The notes: a model not told the origin generated them from the letters alone. A DNA stretch of 64,000 bases from an uncultured Spartobacteria bacterium (GCA_938011325.1 CALLUD010000006.1:396125-460124), one strand, 5' to 3'. Numbered from the stretch's first letter, positions 1-9,731 are shown. Translations and numbers: made by a program.

Positions 1-1702
1 GTTGATGCCGTCGCCGGTTTGATCCTGAAAATCGAGCGTCGCGCCGCTGGCGATGGTGGTGGCGGAAGCGACTGCGGTGAGCTCGGCAAGGCCGCCGTTG
101 CCTGCAACGAGGGTGCCGACCTGGACGGAAACCTGTGCGGTATCCGATGCAGTCAGACTGGTCGGAGCGAAGACGACGGTGCCGGTGTTCCCCGTGCTGC
201 CGATGGTCAGGGTCGCGTTGTCGTTAAACGTAACGGCGTTGTCGACCGTCAGCGTGTTACCGGTGGTGACGGAGAGCGTGCCGGTCTGGTCGGCGCCGAC
301 GGCGAGGGTCGCCGGGCCGCCGGAGAGCGAGAGGTTCGCGATGGCGCGCAACTCCCCCGCGCCGAGGGTGGTCGTTCCCGTGCCGAGTGCGTCGGCGCTG
401 GCGACTTCGAGCAGCCCGCCCTAGACGAACACGCCGCCCGAGAACGTGTTGGAGGCCGTCAGGCGGAGGCGGCCTTCGCCGGTCTTGGGTAAGCGCACCA
501 AGACGTATGGTTAAGAGTTACGCGCCTTGGCGGAGGCGGCCTTCGCCGGTCTTGGTAAGCGCACCGGGACCGCTGAGAGGGCTGGGAATCTGGGCGTTGC
601 CGCCCAGCGTGTCGACGGTGAGGCCGCCACCGGCGATCACCACGCTGCCGGCGTTGAATCCCTCGATCAGCAACGTGTCGGTCACCGACGAGCCACCGAG
701 GAGGTTCACCTGCGCGCCATCGAATTCCATCGACGCGCCGTCGGCGTTGCCTGCGTTGATGGTCTGGGTAACCACCCAGGAATTCGTCACGGCGAGCGAA
801 CCGGTAATGCCGTTCCCTGCGGCGAGTTCGATCATGGTGGCGGTGATGACGGAGCCGTTGGACGCGTTGAATTCGCCATTGCCAGCGGAGCCGATGGTCA
901 GCGTGTTGGTGGTCGTCCAAAGGGCGTCGTCCAAAGTCACCTCGCCGCTGGAGCCTGCGTTCAGGCCAATCTGCGACGATTCGGCCGTTACCGCCGCGCC
1001 GTCGCCGATCGTGAGGCTCAACGCCAAGATGAGCGACGTGCCGCTGGCCTGGACTTCGCCCGTGCCCTGCCCACCGACCGTGATGGCCACGGGCGTGCTC
1101 TGCTGCACCGCCTTCCACGTGCTGTCCGTGAGCTGGAGGATGCCGTGCGAGCCTGCGAGCGTGCCGACGGAGCCCGTCGTGCTTTGCAGCGTCGAGCCGT
1201 TCTGGAGCACGAACGTGGCATTGCCCGCGTAACCGATGTAGGTCGCGTCGGGCGACAGGTAGGCCCCGTCCACGTTCACGTTGCCGGTCGCGTCCGCGCC
1301 GTAGCCGGCGTAGAAGTCGCGGGTGTTCATGAGGGCCTGTGAGCCGATGGTGAGCGTGCCGGTGCCGGACGTGCCGGCGTAAAAGTCGTCGGAGTCGAAA
1401 CTCGATTCGTCGCCTGGCATGACCGCCAGCGTGCTGCCTCCATCCAGGTTCACGCTTCCGACGGCATTGGCTGCCGAGGACTGTGCCGTGCCCCCGTTAT
1501 CGATGATGATGGGTTCGCTCACCGGGACGGATCCGCTGCTCCAGTTCTCCCCGTCGTTGAAGTTGCCGGTGCCATCCAGCACCAACGACACCTGCGCCCG
1601 TGCTTGCGGACTCGCGAGCGCGCCGATGAGGAGCAGCAAAGGCACGGCTCCGGACCGAAAGAGAGGAAAGCCAATTCGATCAAATTCTCCGGAGGGGCGC
1701 AT
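1..1702 (-). pseudogene. Autotransporter-associated beta-strand (PATR-type) repeat surface protein, interrupted. An intact 394-aa N-terminal ORF lies at 518..1702. The rest of the frame runs off the left window edge.
   Basis: The ORF 518..1702 has a signal-peptide-like N-terminus (LLLLIGALASPQARAQ) and Gly/Thr/Asn-rich beta-helix-like repeats, and ends ...GPGALTKTGEGRLRQGA*. Reading the minus strand below 499 gives KTGEGRLRLTASNTFSGGVFV*GGLLEVASADALGTGTTTLGAGEL..., the same repeat type. Continuity needs removal of nt 462..528 and read-through of the TAG at 421..423. Confidence 0.6.
462..565. repeat. Imperfect direct duplication: 38 nt at 462..499 and 37 nt at 529..565, flanking a 29-nt lower-GC filler at 500..528
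   Basis: GGCGGAGGCGGCCTTCGCCGGTCTTG(G)GTAAGCGCACC occurs twice, differing by one extra G. The filler AAGACGTATGGTTAAGAGTTACGCGCCTT supplies the TAA that ends ORF 518..1702. Confidence 0.9.
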
Positions 1703-1829
1703 GAACGACAGTGGTTAGCCTCCCCATGCATTGTCAAGCGCAGGGCGACTTTCAGGTTCGATCGCTTCGCCGACGCGATGGAACAAGCCGTCTCTATGAT
1801 GTCCCATGCCTTCGTGCCGGCGTCCTCAG

Positions 1830-2759
1830 TCATCTCCCCAGCCGGGCGCGCAGGTATTCCTCGACGTTTGTGACTTGGATGCCCCTCCGGGCGTTGAAGG
1901 TATCGGCCTTGTCCCACCACATGCCATCACCGCGGGCGAAGGCCGCGCGGTAGCGGGTCATCACGTCGGACGGTGATGCGGCGAGATCGGCGCGGAGTTT
2001 GTCCAGGGTCCATTCGACCTTTTCGAACTCCACGCCGGTGACGCGCTCGACCACCTCGGCCAGCTTGCCGTAGGAGATCGTGTCGCCTGCCACACGCACG
2101 ATCTCGTTGACGATCCGCGGCTCGGTGAGCAGGATTTCCGTCGTCAGTTTCCCGATGTCCTCCGGTGTCGTCACCGTGACCTTGGTGTTCCAGCTGCCGA
2201 GGCCGTGGATCGTCTTGCGGTCGAGATTGACCACGTCAAAAGCGGGCTCGAACAGGAAACTCGTGAACATCCCGGTCGACACGATCACCCACTCGGTGCT
2301 CTCCTGCTCGCGAAGCAGCTGGCGCACTTCATACTGCTCGTCGAAGACCGGCTGCCCGCTGCCGCGCCCGACGATGTCGTAGTCGACGCCGAACTGCCAC
2401 GGGAAGTAGCGTTTCACGCCCGCATTCAGCACGGCCCGTGTGATCTTCAACTGCGTTCCTGCGCCGGCGACGAATCCACTGCAATTCACCACCGTGCGGA
2501 ACCGCCGGAACAGCTCGGTCAGCGCCTCCTCATCCGCGCCAAGGTCAAAACCGATGACCTCCACGCCGAGGCCTCGCAGAGCGGCCCGCTTCGCCGCATT
2601 TTCCGGCAAGGAATCGTCGAGCGTTCTTCGGGACACGAGCACGGCGAGCGTCTCGTTCGCGGCTCGAATCCTCGGCGCGAGCGCGCGGAGGACGGCCATG
2701 CCGAGCTCTCCAGCCCCAAGCACCAGGATGTCTCTCACATCGACTTTTGCGGTTTCCAT
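1830..2759 (-). CDS. NmrA-like / isoflavone-reductase-like NAD(P)-binding oxidoreductase
   Basis: 309-aa ORF with an N-terminal Rossmann motif (ILVLGAGELG) and overall NmrA/aromatic alcohol reductase-like sequence. High GC3. Confidence 0.7.
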   Translation of the reverse strand: METAKVDVRDILVLGAGELGMAVLRALAPRIRAANETLAVLVSRRTLDDSLPENAAKRAALRGLGVEVIGFDLGADEEALTELFRRFRTVVNCSGFVAGAGTQLKITRAVLNAGVKRYFPWQFGVDYDIVGRGSGQPVFDEQYEVRQLLREQESTEWVIVSTGMFTSFLFEPAFDVVNLDRKTIHGLGSWNTKVTVTTPEDIGKLTTEILLTEPRIVNEIVRVAGDTISYGKLAEVVERVTGVEFEKVEWTLDKLRADLAASPSDVMTRYRAAFARGDGMWWDKADTFNARRGIQVTNVEEYLRARLGR

Positions 2760-2840
2760 TTTTGTTCCTTTCTTTTGACGGAGTTGTGCCTGGTGGGATT
2801 CGCTCCGGAGGACTCGGCTGCGTTTGACAGCGGTGTGTGT

Positions 2841-3857
2841 TTAAAAGCCCTCCAGCGTGATCTTGCCGCGGGCTTTGCCCGACTCGATGAGGGCATGCGC
2901 GCGTTTGAGATTGGCGGCATTGATCGTTCCGAAATGCTCGGCAAGCGTCGTGCGAATCGTGCCCGCATCGACGAGACGGGCCACCTCGCCGAGCAGACGT
3001 CCCTGCTCCGCGATATCCGGTGTCTCGAACATCGGGCGCGTAAACATCAGCTCCCAGTGCGTCGACACGCTCTTGCGCTTGAAAGGCATGACATCCAGCA
3101 CCGGGGGATCGTCGATCACTGCGAAGCGCCCCTGCGGCGCAATCAACTCCACAATCTCCGCGAGATGCTGGTCGGTATTCGTGGTGGAAAACACGAACGC
3201 GGGCGCGCCAATCCCAAGATCGGCAATCTGCCGGGCCAGCGGCTTTGAATGGTCCACCACATGGTGTGCGCCAAGCTCGGCCGCCCAGGCCTGCGTTTCC
3301 GGCCGCGAGGCGGTGGCGATGATGGTCAGGTCGGTCAGTCTGCGGGCCAGCTGGATGGTGATCGAGCCGACGCCTCCCGCACCGCCGATGATGAGAATGG
3401 CCCTGGCGGCGCCAGGAACGGTGTGCCCCTTGACGTTCAGCCGGTCAAACAGCGTCTCCCACGCCGTGATCGCAGTCAGCGGGAGCGCGGCCGATTCCGC
3501 CCACCCGAGCGATTTCGGCTTGGCGGCAACGATGCGCTCATCGACGAGATGGAACTCCGCATTGCTGCCGGGCCGGGTCAGCGCGCCGGCATAGAACACC
3601 TCGTCACCGGGCTTGAACAGGGTTACGTCCGACCCGACCTCGACCACGGTGCCTGCGGCGTCCCAGCCCAGCACTTTCCACTCGTCGTTTTCCGGCCGGA
3701 CGCTTCGGCGGACCTTGGTATCCACGGGATTGACGGATACCGCCTTGATCTCGACCAGCAGGTCGCGCGGCTCCGGCGTGGGACGCGGCAGATCAATGTC
3801 GATGAGCGAGTCGGGATCGGTGATGGGCAACGGTGTTTTATAGCCTACGGCGTGCAT
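2841..3857 (-). CDS. Zinc-type (MDR) alcohol dehydrogenase / quinone oxidoreductase family protein
   Basis: I trimmed the 481-aa track ORF to the internal ATG at 3855..3857 (MHAVGYKTPLP...), which follows GGAGAA. MDR features are visible: VEIKAVSVNPVD and IIGGAGGVGS. The upstream in-frame part is Arg-rich and looks non-coding. Confidence 0.8.
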   Translation of the reverse strand: MHAVGYKTPLPITDPDSLIDIDLPRPTPEPRDLLVEIKAVSVNPVDTKVRRSVRPENDEWKVLGWDAAGTVVEVGSDVTLFKPGDEVFYAGALTRPGSNAEFHLVDERIVAAKPKSLGWAESAALPLTAITAWETLFDRLNVKGHTVPGAARAILIIGGAGGVGSITIQLARRLTDLTIIATASRPETQAWAAELGAHHVVDHSKPLARQIADLGIGAPAFVFSTTNTDQHLAEIVELIAPQGRFAVIDDPPVLDVMPFKRKSVSTHWELMFTRPMFETPDIAEQGRLLGEVARLVDAGTIRTTLAEHFGTINAANLKRAHALIESGKARGKITLEGF

Positions 3858-3921
3858 GGGAATTCTCCTTTCAAGTTTTACCTTTTGCACCAATGCACGA
3901 TCGGAGTATTTTCCGCAAGAA

Positions 3922-3956
3922 TGCACATAAACTGCACATAGTATCGAAAAAGATAC
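3922..3956. promoter_or_regulatory. Candidate operator elements in the divergent ADH/HxlR intergenic region
   Basis: Direct repeat TGCACAT at 3922..3928 and 3933..3939 (11-nt phasing), followed by the inverted repeat GTATC-N6-GATAC at 3941..3956, 7 nt upstream of the hxlR-like ATG. Confidence 0.3.
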
Positions 3957-3962
3957 CGTAAG

Positions 3963-4367
3963 ATGCCTCGTATTCCTCACCAACGTTTCGATTGCGGTCC
4001 CGGTTGTCCCGTGGAGGCGGCCCTGTCGCTGATCAGCGGCAAATGGAAAGGCGTGGTGCTCTGGCACCTGCTGCAGGGCACGCTGCGTTTCAACGAAATC
4101 CGCCGCCGCCTGCCCGACGTCACGCAGCGAATGCTCACCAATCAACTTCGCGAGCTCGAAGCGGACGGCTTCATTGTCCGCACGGTCTACCCCCAGGTGC
4201 CTCCCAAGGTGGAATACAGCCTTTCGGAGCGCGGACGGAGCCTCGAGCCCGTGCTCATGGCGCTGAAGGATTGGGGCGAAACCCACGTGTTGGGCAAGCG
4301 CCCGAGTCGCGCGGATTCGTCATCGTCCCGTCGGAAAAGCAAAGCGCCGCGCCGGCCGACGCGATAG
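3963..4367 (+). CDS. HxlR-family winged-helix transcriptional regulator
   Basis: CPVEAALSLISGKWKGVVLWHLLQGTLRFNEIRRRLPDVTQRMLTNQLRELEADGFIVR...PKVEYSLSERG is a textbook HxlR signature. The gene is divergent from an oxidoreductase gene, as is typical. Confidence 0.9.
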   Translation: MPRIPHQRFDCGPGCPVEAALSLISGKWKGVVLWHLLQGTLRFNEIRRRLPDVTQRMLTNQLRELEADGFIVRTVYPQVPPKVEYSLSERGRSLEPVLMALKDWGETHVLGKRPSRADSSSSRRKSKAPRRPTR

Positions 4368-4515
4368 GCAGGCACATCGGCGCGACCGGAGCCGAGTCAC
4401 GCCTCGTTCAAGATCGCCCTCCATCGCAAAACAGCGGAGGGTCACCGGTCAATTTTGTCGAAGAAATTCACAAGGGAGGCCCTGAAACTCCGGATCTTCT
4501 GGAGGAATGTAAGGC

Positions 4516-6837
4516 ATGCCCTCCGACGAATGCTCGTGCGCCGAAACGAACCCCGCGGCCTCCGAACCCGGGGTCTTGAGGACCGCGATTGATGAGCGCG
4601 CGCGATCGTTGACGATCGACTACGATCCCTCGCAACTGAGCGACGAGTCGGTGCGGCGAATTGTCCTGAGCATGGAGTCGCAGGCACGGAGGCATTTCGA
4701 GAAATGCCTGCTCCGGCTCAAGGGCCGCGCGAGCGAGGCCTGCGCACTGAATTTCGAAAGAAAGGCGGAGAGGATTCAAGGCATTCGCCGGGCGACGGCA
4801 ACGTTCATCGGCGGCACCATGACGGTGACGTTCGATGAAGCCACGATTTCGCCCCGGGAGGTCCTCGAGAGCGTGCGGCGCACGGGCGCTCCCGTGGAGC
4901 CGATCGAGCAACCTCCTCCCGCCATCGGCCTCGCGGCCTGGTTCCACGGGCTGCGACTCGAACTCCTCTGCACGATCGCCACGGCCTTGTTCATGGTCGC
5001 CGGGTGGGCCGGGCATCAGTTCGGCATCATGCCTCACGCGCTCGCGAATCTTTGCTACGTCGCGGCCTACGCCGCGGGCGGCATCTTCGGCGTGCGCGCC
5101 GGGCTTTTGTCCCTGCGGAACGGAACGATCGACGTGGACCTCCTCATGGTTCTCGCCGCGCTGGGAGCCGCGATCATCGACCATCCATTCGAGGGCTCGA
5201 TGCTGCTCTTCCTCTTTTCGCTCTCGAACGTGCTTCAGGGCTTCGCCATGGAGCGCACGCGCCGCGCGATCCAATCGCTCATGAAATTGCGCCCCGCGCA
5301 GGCGCTCGTGAAGCGCGGGGATGAATTCGTTCTCCGGCCGGTCGAGGAGCTCGCTGTCGGCGACGTCATTATCGTGCGTCCGGGCGAGAGCATCCCGCTC
5401 GACGCGTTGATCGTGGAGGGCGAGAGCGCCATCGACGAATCCTCGCTCACGGGCGAATCGATGCCCGTGTCCAAAAAGGCGGGAGACCCCATCTACGCCG
5501 CGACCATCAATCAAAGCGGCAGCATCGAGGCCCGCGTGACGCGGCTGGCGCGCGACTCCGCCATCGAAAAGCTCATTCGCGCGGTCGAAGAGGCGCAGAG
5601 TGAGAAGGCGTCGACCCAGCGTTTCCTCGACAAGGCCGAGCAATACTACGCCGCGGGGGTCATTCTCTTCACGATCGGCCTGATCATCGGGCCTCTGCTC
5701 GCCGGGAAACCGTTCGCCGAGACGTTCTACCGGGCCATGACGGTGATGGTCGTCGCATCACCCTGCGCGCTGATCATCAGCACGCCCGCGTCCATCCTGT
5801 CGGCCATCGGATGCGGCGCCCGGCGCGGCATCCTCTTCAAGGGCGGTGTCCATCTCGAGAGAACGGCATCGATTCGAATCGTGGCTCTCGACAAAACGGG
5901 CACGCTCACCGAAGGCCGGCCGCGGGTCACGGATATCGTTCCCCACGGCCTCGACGCCGACCGGCTGCTGCAGCTCGCCGCCTCGGTGGAATCCCGCTCC
6001 GAGCACCCTCTCGCCCGGGCGGTCGTCGCGGAGGCTCGCGCGAGAAACCTGTCGTATCCCGACTGCAAGGAATTCCAGTCCACAAGCGGCAAGGGCGCGA
6101 GCGGCGTGGTGGAGGGGCGCCGCATCGCGGTGGGTAGTCCGCGATTTTTTGCCACGTCCGTTCCGGACCTCCCCGCCGACCTGCAATCCCGAATCGACGC
6201 GCTGCACGACGCGGGCAAGACCTGCATCCTCGTCGGCGAGCGGAACGAAGACGAGGCGCGCATTCTCGGCGCGATCGCCATTGCGGATGTCCTGCGCGCG
6301 ACCGCTCCCCTCATGATCCGTCAGCTCAAAGCCCTCGGCGTCGAGCGCGTTGTCATGTTGACCGGTGACAACCAGCGGGTGGCTGCGGCCATCGCCGCGG
6401 AGGCGGGCGTCGACGAGTTTCACGCGGAGCTGCTGCCCGGTGAAAAAGTCCGCCTTGTCAAAGCCCTCGGCGACACGGGGCCCGTGGCCATGGTGGGCGA
6501 CGGCGTGAACGACGCACCCGCGCTGGCGACCGCCACCATCGGCATCGCCATGGGCGCCGCCGGAACGGACGTCGCGATGGAGACCGCCGATCTTGTGCTC
6601 ATGGGCGACAACCTCATGAACATTCCCTTCGCCATCGCGCTCAGTCGTCAGGCCCGCCGCGTGGTGCGCCAGAATCTCACATTCGCATTCGGCGTGATCA
6701 TCTGCCTTGTCGCCTCCGCGCTCGGGCTCGGCCTGCCGCTTCCCCTCGGTGTCGTCGGCCACGAAGGCAGCACGGTGCTCGTCTGCCTCAACGGCCTGCG
6801 GCTGCTCGTCTACAAAGGTCCCGACGTCAGCCCGTGA
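4516..6837 (+). CDS. Heavy-metal translocating P1B-type ATPase (SPC / HEGST motifs, P1B-4-like)
   Basis: Motifs DKTGTLT, TGDN, GDGVNDAPAL; transmembrane SPC (VVASPCALIIS) and C-terminal GHEGSTVLVCLNGLRLL. RBS-like GGAGGA lies 14 nt upstream. Confidence 0.9.
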   Translation: MPSDECSCAETNPAASEPGVLRTAIDERARSLTIDYDPSQLSDESVRRIVLSMESQARRHFEKCLLRLKGRASEACALNFERKAERIQGIRRATATFIGGTMTVTFDEATISPREVLESVRRTGAPVEPIEQPPPAIGLAAWFHGLRLELLCTIATALFMVAGWAGHQFGIMPHALANLCYVAAYAAGGIFGVRAGLLSLRNGTIDVDLLMVLAALGAAIIDHPFEGSMLLFLFSLSNVLQGFAMERTRRAIQSLMKLRPAQALVKRGDEFVLRPVEELAVGDVIIVRPGESIPLDALIVEGESAIDESSLTGESMPVSKKAGDPIYAATINQSGSIEARVTRLARDSAIEKLIRAVEEAQSEKASTQRFLDKAEQYYAAGVILFTIGLIIGPLLAGKPFAETFYRAMTVMVVASPCALIISTPASILSAIGCGARRGILFKGGVHLERTASIRIVALDKTGTLTEGRPRVTDIVPHGLDADRLLQLAASVESRSEHPLARAVVAEARARNLSYPDCKEFQSTSGKGASGVVEGRRIAVGSPRFFATSVPDLPADLQSRIDALHDAGKTCILVGERNEDEARILGAIAIADVLRATAPLMIRQLKALGVERVVMLTGDNQRVAAAIAAEAGVDEFHAELLPGEKVRLVKALGDTGPVAMVGDGVNDAPALATATIGIAMGAAGTDVAMETADLVLMGDNLMNIPFAIALSRQARRVVRQNLTFAFGVIICLVASALGLGLPLPLGVVGHEGSTVLVCLNGLRLLVYKGPDVSP

Positions 6838-6860
6838 CGCCACCGGCGCCCCCTAAAAAA

Positions 6861-6931
6861 AGCGGGTGAAGGGAATCGAACCCTCGTATGCAGCTTGGGA
6901 AGCTGCCGTTCTACCATTGAACTACACCCGC
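6861..6931 (-). tRNA. tRNA-Gly (anticodon CCC), 71 nt, CCA not encoded
   Basis: Manual cloverleaf: acceptor GCGGGTG/CACCCGC, D arm GTTC-AATGGTA-GAAC, anticodon arm GCAGC-TTCCCAA-GCTGC, T arm GAGGG-TTCGATT-CCCTT, discriminator T. Confidence 0.85.
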
Positions 6932-6944
6932 AACAAAAAGCGGA

Positions 6945-7478
6945 TTATTCCCAGGATTTGATCGCCTTCTCGGGATCGTTCTTTTCCCGCTTCGGGTCAC
7001 CCATGGACCAGACGATCACCTGCTTATTGATCGTCTCGCCACCGTCGTCAAATTCGACTTCGTTGTCGTAATCGTCGTCAATCCGGACTTCAAACTCCTC
7101 CCCCCACGGATCAAGCCACCCGGATGTGTAATTCTGCCCCTGATAAAGCGCGCCGTTCTTGCCACCCTTCGCACGGGGGATCTCCAGAAAGATGATCTGC
7201 CTCGGATTTGCCCTCTCCTCCTTACCCGCGAGGATATTCATCAATTGAGCGTTATTCACGTTCGTTCCGTCGACGTTCGGGAATCGCCCGTATTCGCTCT
7301 CGTAGGAGGAAATGGCCGTCGCGATGTTTACCGCGTCATTTTTCGCCTGCGCACGTTTGGCGGAGTGCAATGCGGAGCCGACCGCCGGGAACAACAGACC
7401 CATCAGAATTCCGATGATCGTGATAACGACGAGAAGCTCGATGAGGGTAAAAGCGCGTTTGGAACGAAGGGAGGACAT
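6945..7478 (-). CDS. Prepilin-type N-terminal cleavage/methylation domain protein (GspG-like pseudopilin)
   Basis: The N-terminus KRAFTLIELLVVITIIGIL is the class III signal/methylation motif. A DPWG motif, typical of GspG-like pseudopilins, is present. Confidence 0.85.
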   Translation of the reverse strand: MSSLRSKRAFTLIELLVVITIIGILMGLLFPAVGSALHSAKRAQAKNDAVNIATAISSYESEYGRFPNVDGTNVNNAQLMNILAGKEERANPRQIIFLEIPRAKGGKNGALYQGQNYTSGWLDPWGEEFEVRIDDDYDNEVEFDDGGETINKQVIVWSMGDPKREKNDPEKAIKSWE

Positions 7479-7562
7479 GGCTGTGCGGTAAATTTCGTTC
7501 GGCGTCGCGCACAGGCAAGCATTTTCTTGTCAGCGGACGGGATCGGGTCGCAAAGTGTTTTC

Positions 7563-9731
7563 GTGCGATCAAAATATTCGCGTTCCCGAAAATCACGGGG
7601 CGCCTCCGACGCGTCATCGTCATTCCGCCAGCGCGTCCTCGAGCTGGTTCGCAATCAACCGCTCGACAAAATAGAACTTTCCAAGGCGCTCGGCATTCCA
7701 CCGCAGCGGCGAAAGGAACTCCGCCAGCTTCTCGCCGACATGGAATCGGCCGGGGAAATCGTGCGGGTGCGCAAGGACCGCTACGTCCTGCCCCGCGAGG
7801 CGGATCTCGTGACCGGCTGCATTCAATTCCACGCAAGCGGCGCCGCGCACATTCTGAGCGAGGAAAAGGGTCTGCCCGACCTCTACGTGAGTGCGGAAAA
7901 CACGTGGACGGCGATGCACGGCGACCGCGTCGTCGCGCGACTCGTGAAGGAACGGCCCGTGCCTGCCGACCTCCACGGAACCCCGAAGCGCCCGCCGGCC
8001 AAACGCGAAGGGCGCGTAATCCGCATCCTCCAGCGCGCGAACGAGACGATCGTCGGCACGCTGCAAAAATCGAAGAACTTCTACTACGTCGTCGCTGACG
8101 ATCCGCGCTTCGTCCACAATCTCTACGTTCCGGCTCCGCCCGCGGAAATCGGCGCACGGCCCGGCGACAAGGTCGTTGCCAAACTCGAGGACTGGCCGTC
8201 GCGGCATGTCAATCCCGAGGGCCGGGTCATCGAAACACTCGGCAGGGCTGGCGCTCCCGGCGTCGATATTCTCTCGATCATTCGCAAGCATCGCCTGCCG
8301 GAAAAATTTCCGGACGACGTGATTGCCGAGGCCGAGGCGATTCCTCCGGCCGTTCCGCCGTCCGAAGCCGCAAAGCGCGAGGATTTGCGCGGGCGGTTCG
8401 TGATCACCATCGATCCGGACGATGCAAAGGATTTCGACGACGCGATCGAAGTTCAGAAGACCTCCGGCGGGTGGAGTGTCGCGGTGCACATCGCCGACGT
8501 CTCACATTACGTGCGCCCGCGGTCCCGGCTCGATCGCGAGGCCGCATCACGTGGAAACAGCGTGTATCTCGCCGACCGCGTGATCCCGATGCTTCCCGAG
8601 GCATTGAGCAACGGCATTTGCAGCCTGAAGCCCGATGTCGATCGCCTCGCCTTCTCGTGCTTCGCGGAGGTTTCGCGAAACGGGAAGGTGCACAACGTGC
8701 GGTTCGCGAAGACAATCATCCGCAGCGCCGCCCGCCTCACCTACAAAGAGGCCTTTGCGATTCTCGGAAAGCCGCCCAGGGACAAGCTCAGCGAGCGCGT
8801 GCATGTCGCTTGGGAGGTCGCTTCACTCCTGCGAAAGAAACGCTTCGCGAAAGGTTCGCTCGACCTGGATTTCCCGGAAATCAAGGTCCGTCTCGACGAG
8901 CGCGGGAAGCCGATCGCGCTCGAGCGCATCGAGAACGACATTTCCCATCAGCTCATCGAGGAACTCATGCTGCTCGCCAACGAGTGCGTCGCGCGCGAGT
9001 TGAAGCTGGCGAAACAGCCGGCCGTTTACCGCATTCACGAGACGCCCGACCCGGACAAGCTCGCGGAGTATCGCGAGATCGCCGTGAGCTACGGAATGAA
9101 AGCCGGCGACCTTACACAGCGGGAAAATCTCGTGCAGCTTCTCGCGCGAATGCGCGGCCAGACCTACGAGAACGCGCTTAAGATCGCGCTGCTCAAGAGC
9201 CTCAAGCGCGCCAGCTACTCGCCCGAGCCGCTCGGTCACTACGGCCTCGCGAAATCGGACTACGCCCATTTCACGAGCCCGATCCGCCGCTATGCCGACC
9301 TGCTGGTCCATCGCGCCCTGGAACGCCGCCTGGGGCTCACCAAGTCCGGCCCGGCCTCCCGGGATCTCGCATCGATCGCCGAGCACATTTCGAACACCGA
9401 GCGGATCGCCGCTGATGCCGAGCGCGAATCCATCCGGCTGAAAAAACTCGAATTCTTCCAGCAGCAAATCGCTTCACGAAAGGGCGGTGTCTTTCGCGCC
9501 CGCATTCTCGACGTGCGCAACTACGGCCTGTTTGTCGAGCTTCCGGAGTTCCTGCTCACCGGTCTCGTCCACATCTCCACGTTGGACGACGATTTCTACA
9601 CGCACGACGCCGCGCGAAATCGCATCGTGGGACGCAAGTCCCGGCGCATCTACACGGCAGGCCAGAACATCGACGTGATTGTTGCGCGGGTGGACATGTT
9701 TAAACAACAAGTCGATTTCAAGCCCGCATAA
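7563..9731 (+). CDS. rnr: Ribonuclease R (3'-5' exoribonuclease); start uncertain
   Basis: N-terminal HTH-like region (RQRVLELVRNQPLDKIELSKALGI), RNB motifs (DPDDAKDFDDAI; HYGLA..YAHFTSPIRRYADLLVHR), C-terminal S1 domain. The track ORF start at 7245 overlaps the pseudopilin gene. The first in-frame starts past it are TTG near 7527 and GTG at 7563. Confidence 0.85.
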   Translation: MRSKYSRSRKSRGASDASSSFRQRVLELVRNQPLDKIELSKALGIPPQRRKELRQLLADMESAGEIVRVRKDRYVLPREADLVTGCIQFHASGAAHILSEEKGLPDLYVSAENTWTAMHGDRVVARLVKERPVPADLHGTPKRPPAKREGRVIRILQRANETIVGTLQKSKNFYYVVADDPRFVHNLYVPAPPAEIGARPGDKVVAKLEDWPSRHVNPEGRVIETLGRAGAPGVDILSIIRKHRLPEKFPDDVIAEAEAIPPAVPPSEAAKREDLRGRFVITIDPDDAKDFDDAIEVQKTSGGWSVAVHIADVSHYVRPRSRLDREAASRGNSVYLADRVIPMLPEALSNGICSLKPDVDRLAFSCFAEVSRNGKVHNVRFAKTIIRSAARLTYKEAFAILGKPPRDKLSERVHVAWEVASLLRKKRFAKGSLDLDFPEIKVRLDERGKPIALERIENDISHQLIEELMLLANECVARELKLAKQPAVYRIHETPDPDKLAEYREIAVSYGMKAGDLTQRENLVQLLARMRGQTYENALKIALLKSLKRASYSPEPLGHYGLAKSDYAHFTSPIRRYADLLVHRALERRLGLTKSGPASRDLASIAEHISNTERIAADAERESIRLKKLEFFQQQIASRKGGVFRARILDVRNYGLFVELPEFLLTGLVHISTLDDDFYTHDAARNRIVGRKSRRIYTAGQNIDVIVARVDMFKQQVDFKPA

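Noticed and set aside
2841-4286. Long N-terminal extensions of several track ORFs: 2841..4286, 13115..14341, 29683..31257, 57263..59641, 10062..12989, 7245..9731 and 39856..42456.
   Set aside because: The extensions overlap neighbouring real genes or intergenic regions and are Arg/Pro-rich. The conserved family N-termini begin at internal start codons, several of which sit in ATGA overlaps with the upstream gene.
6838-7000. The tRNA-Gly neighbourhood, considered as a possible integration hotspot or genomic-island border.
   Set aside because: No integrase, no direct repeat of the tRNA 3' end and no compositional break are visible on either side. The flanking genes are ordinary (a metal ATPase and a pseudopilin/rnr).
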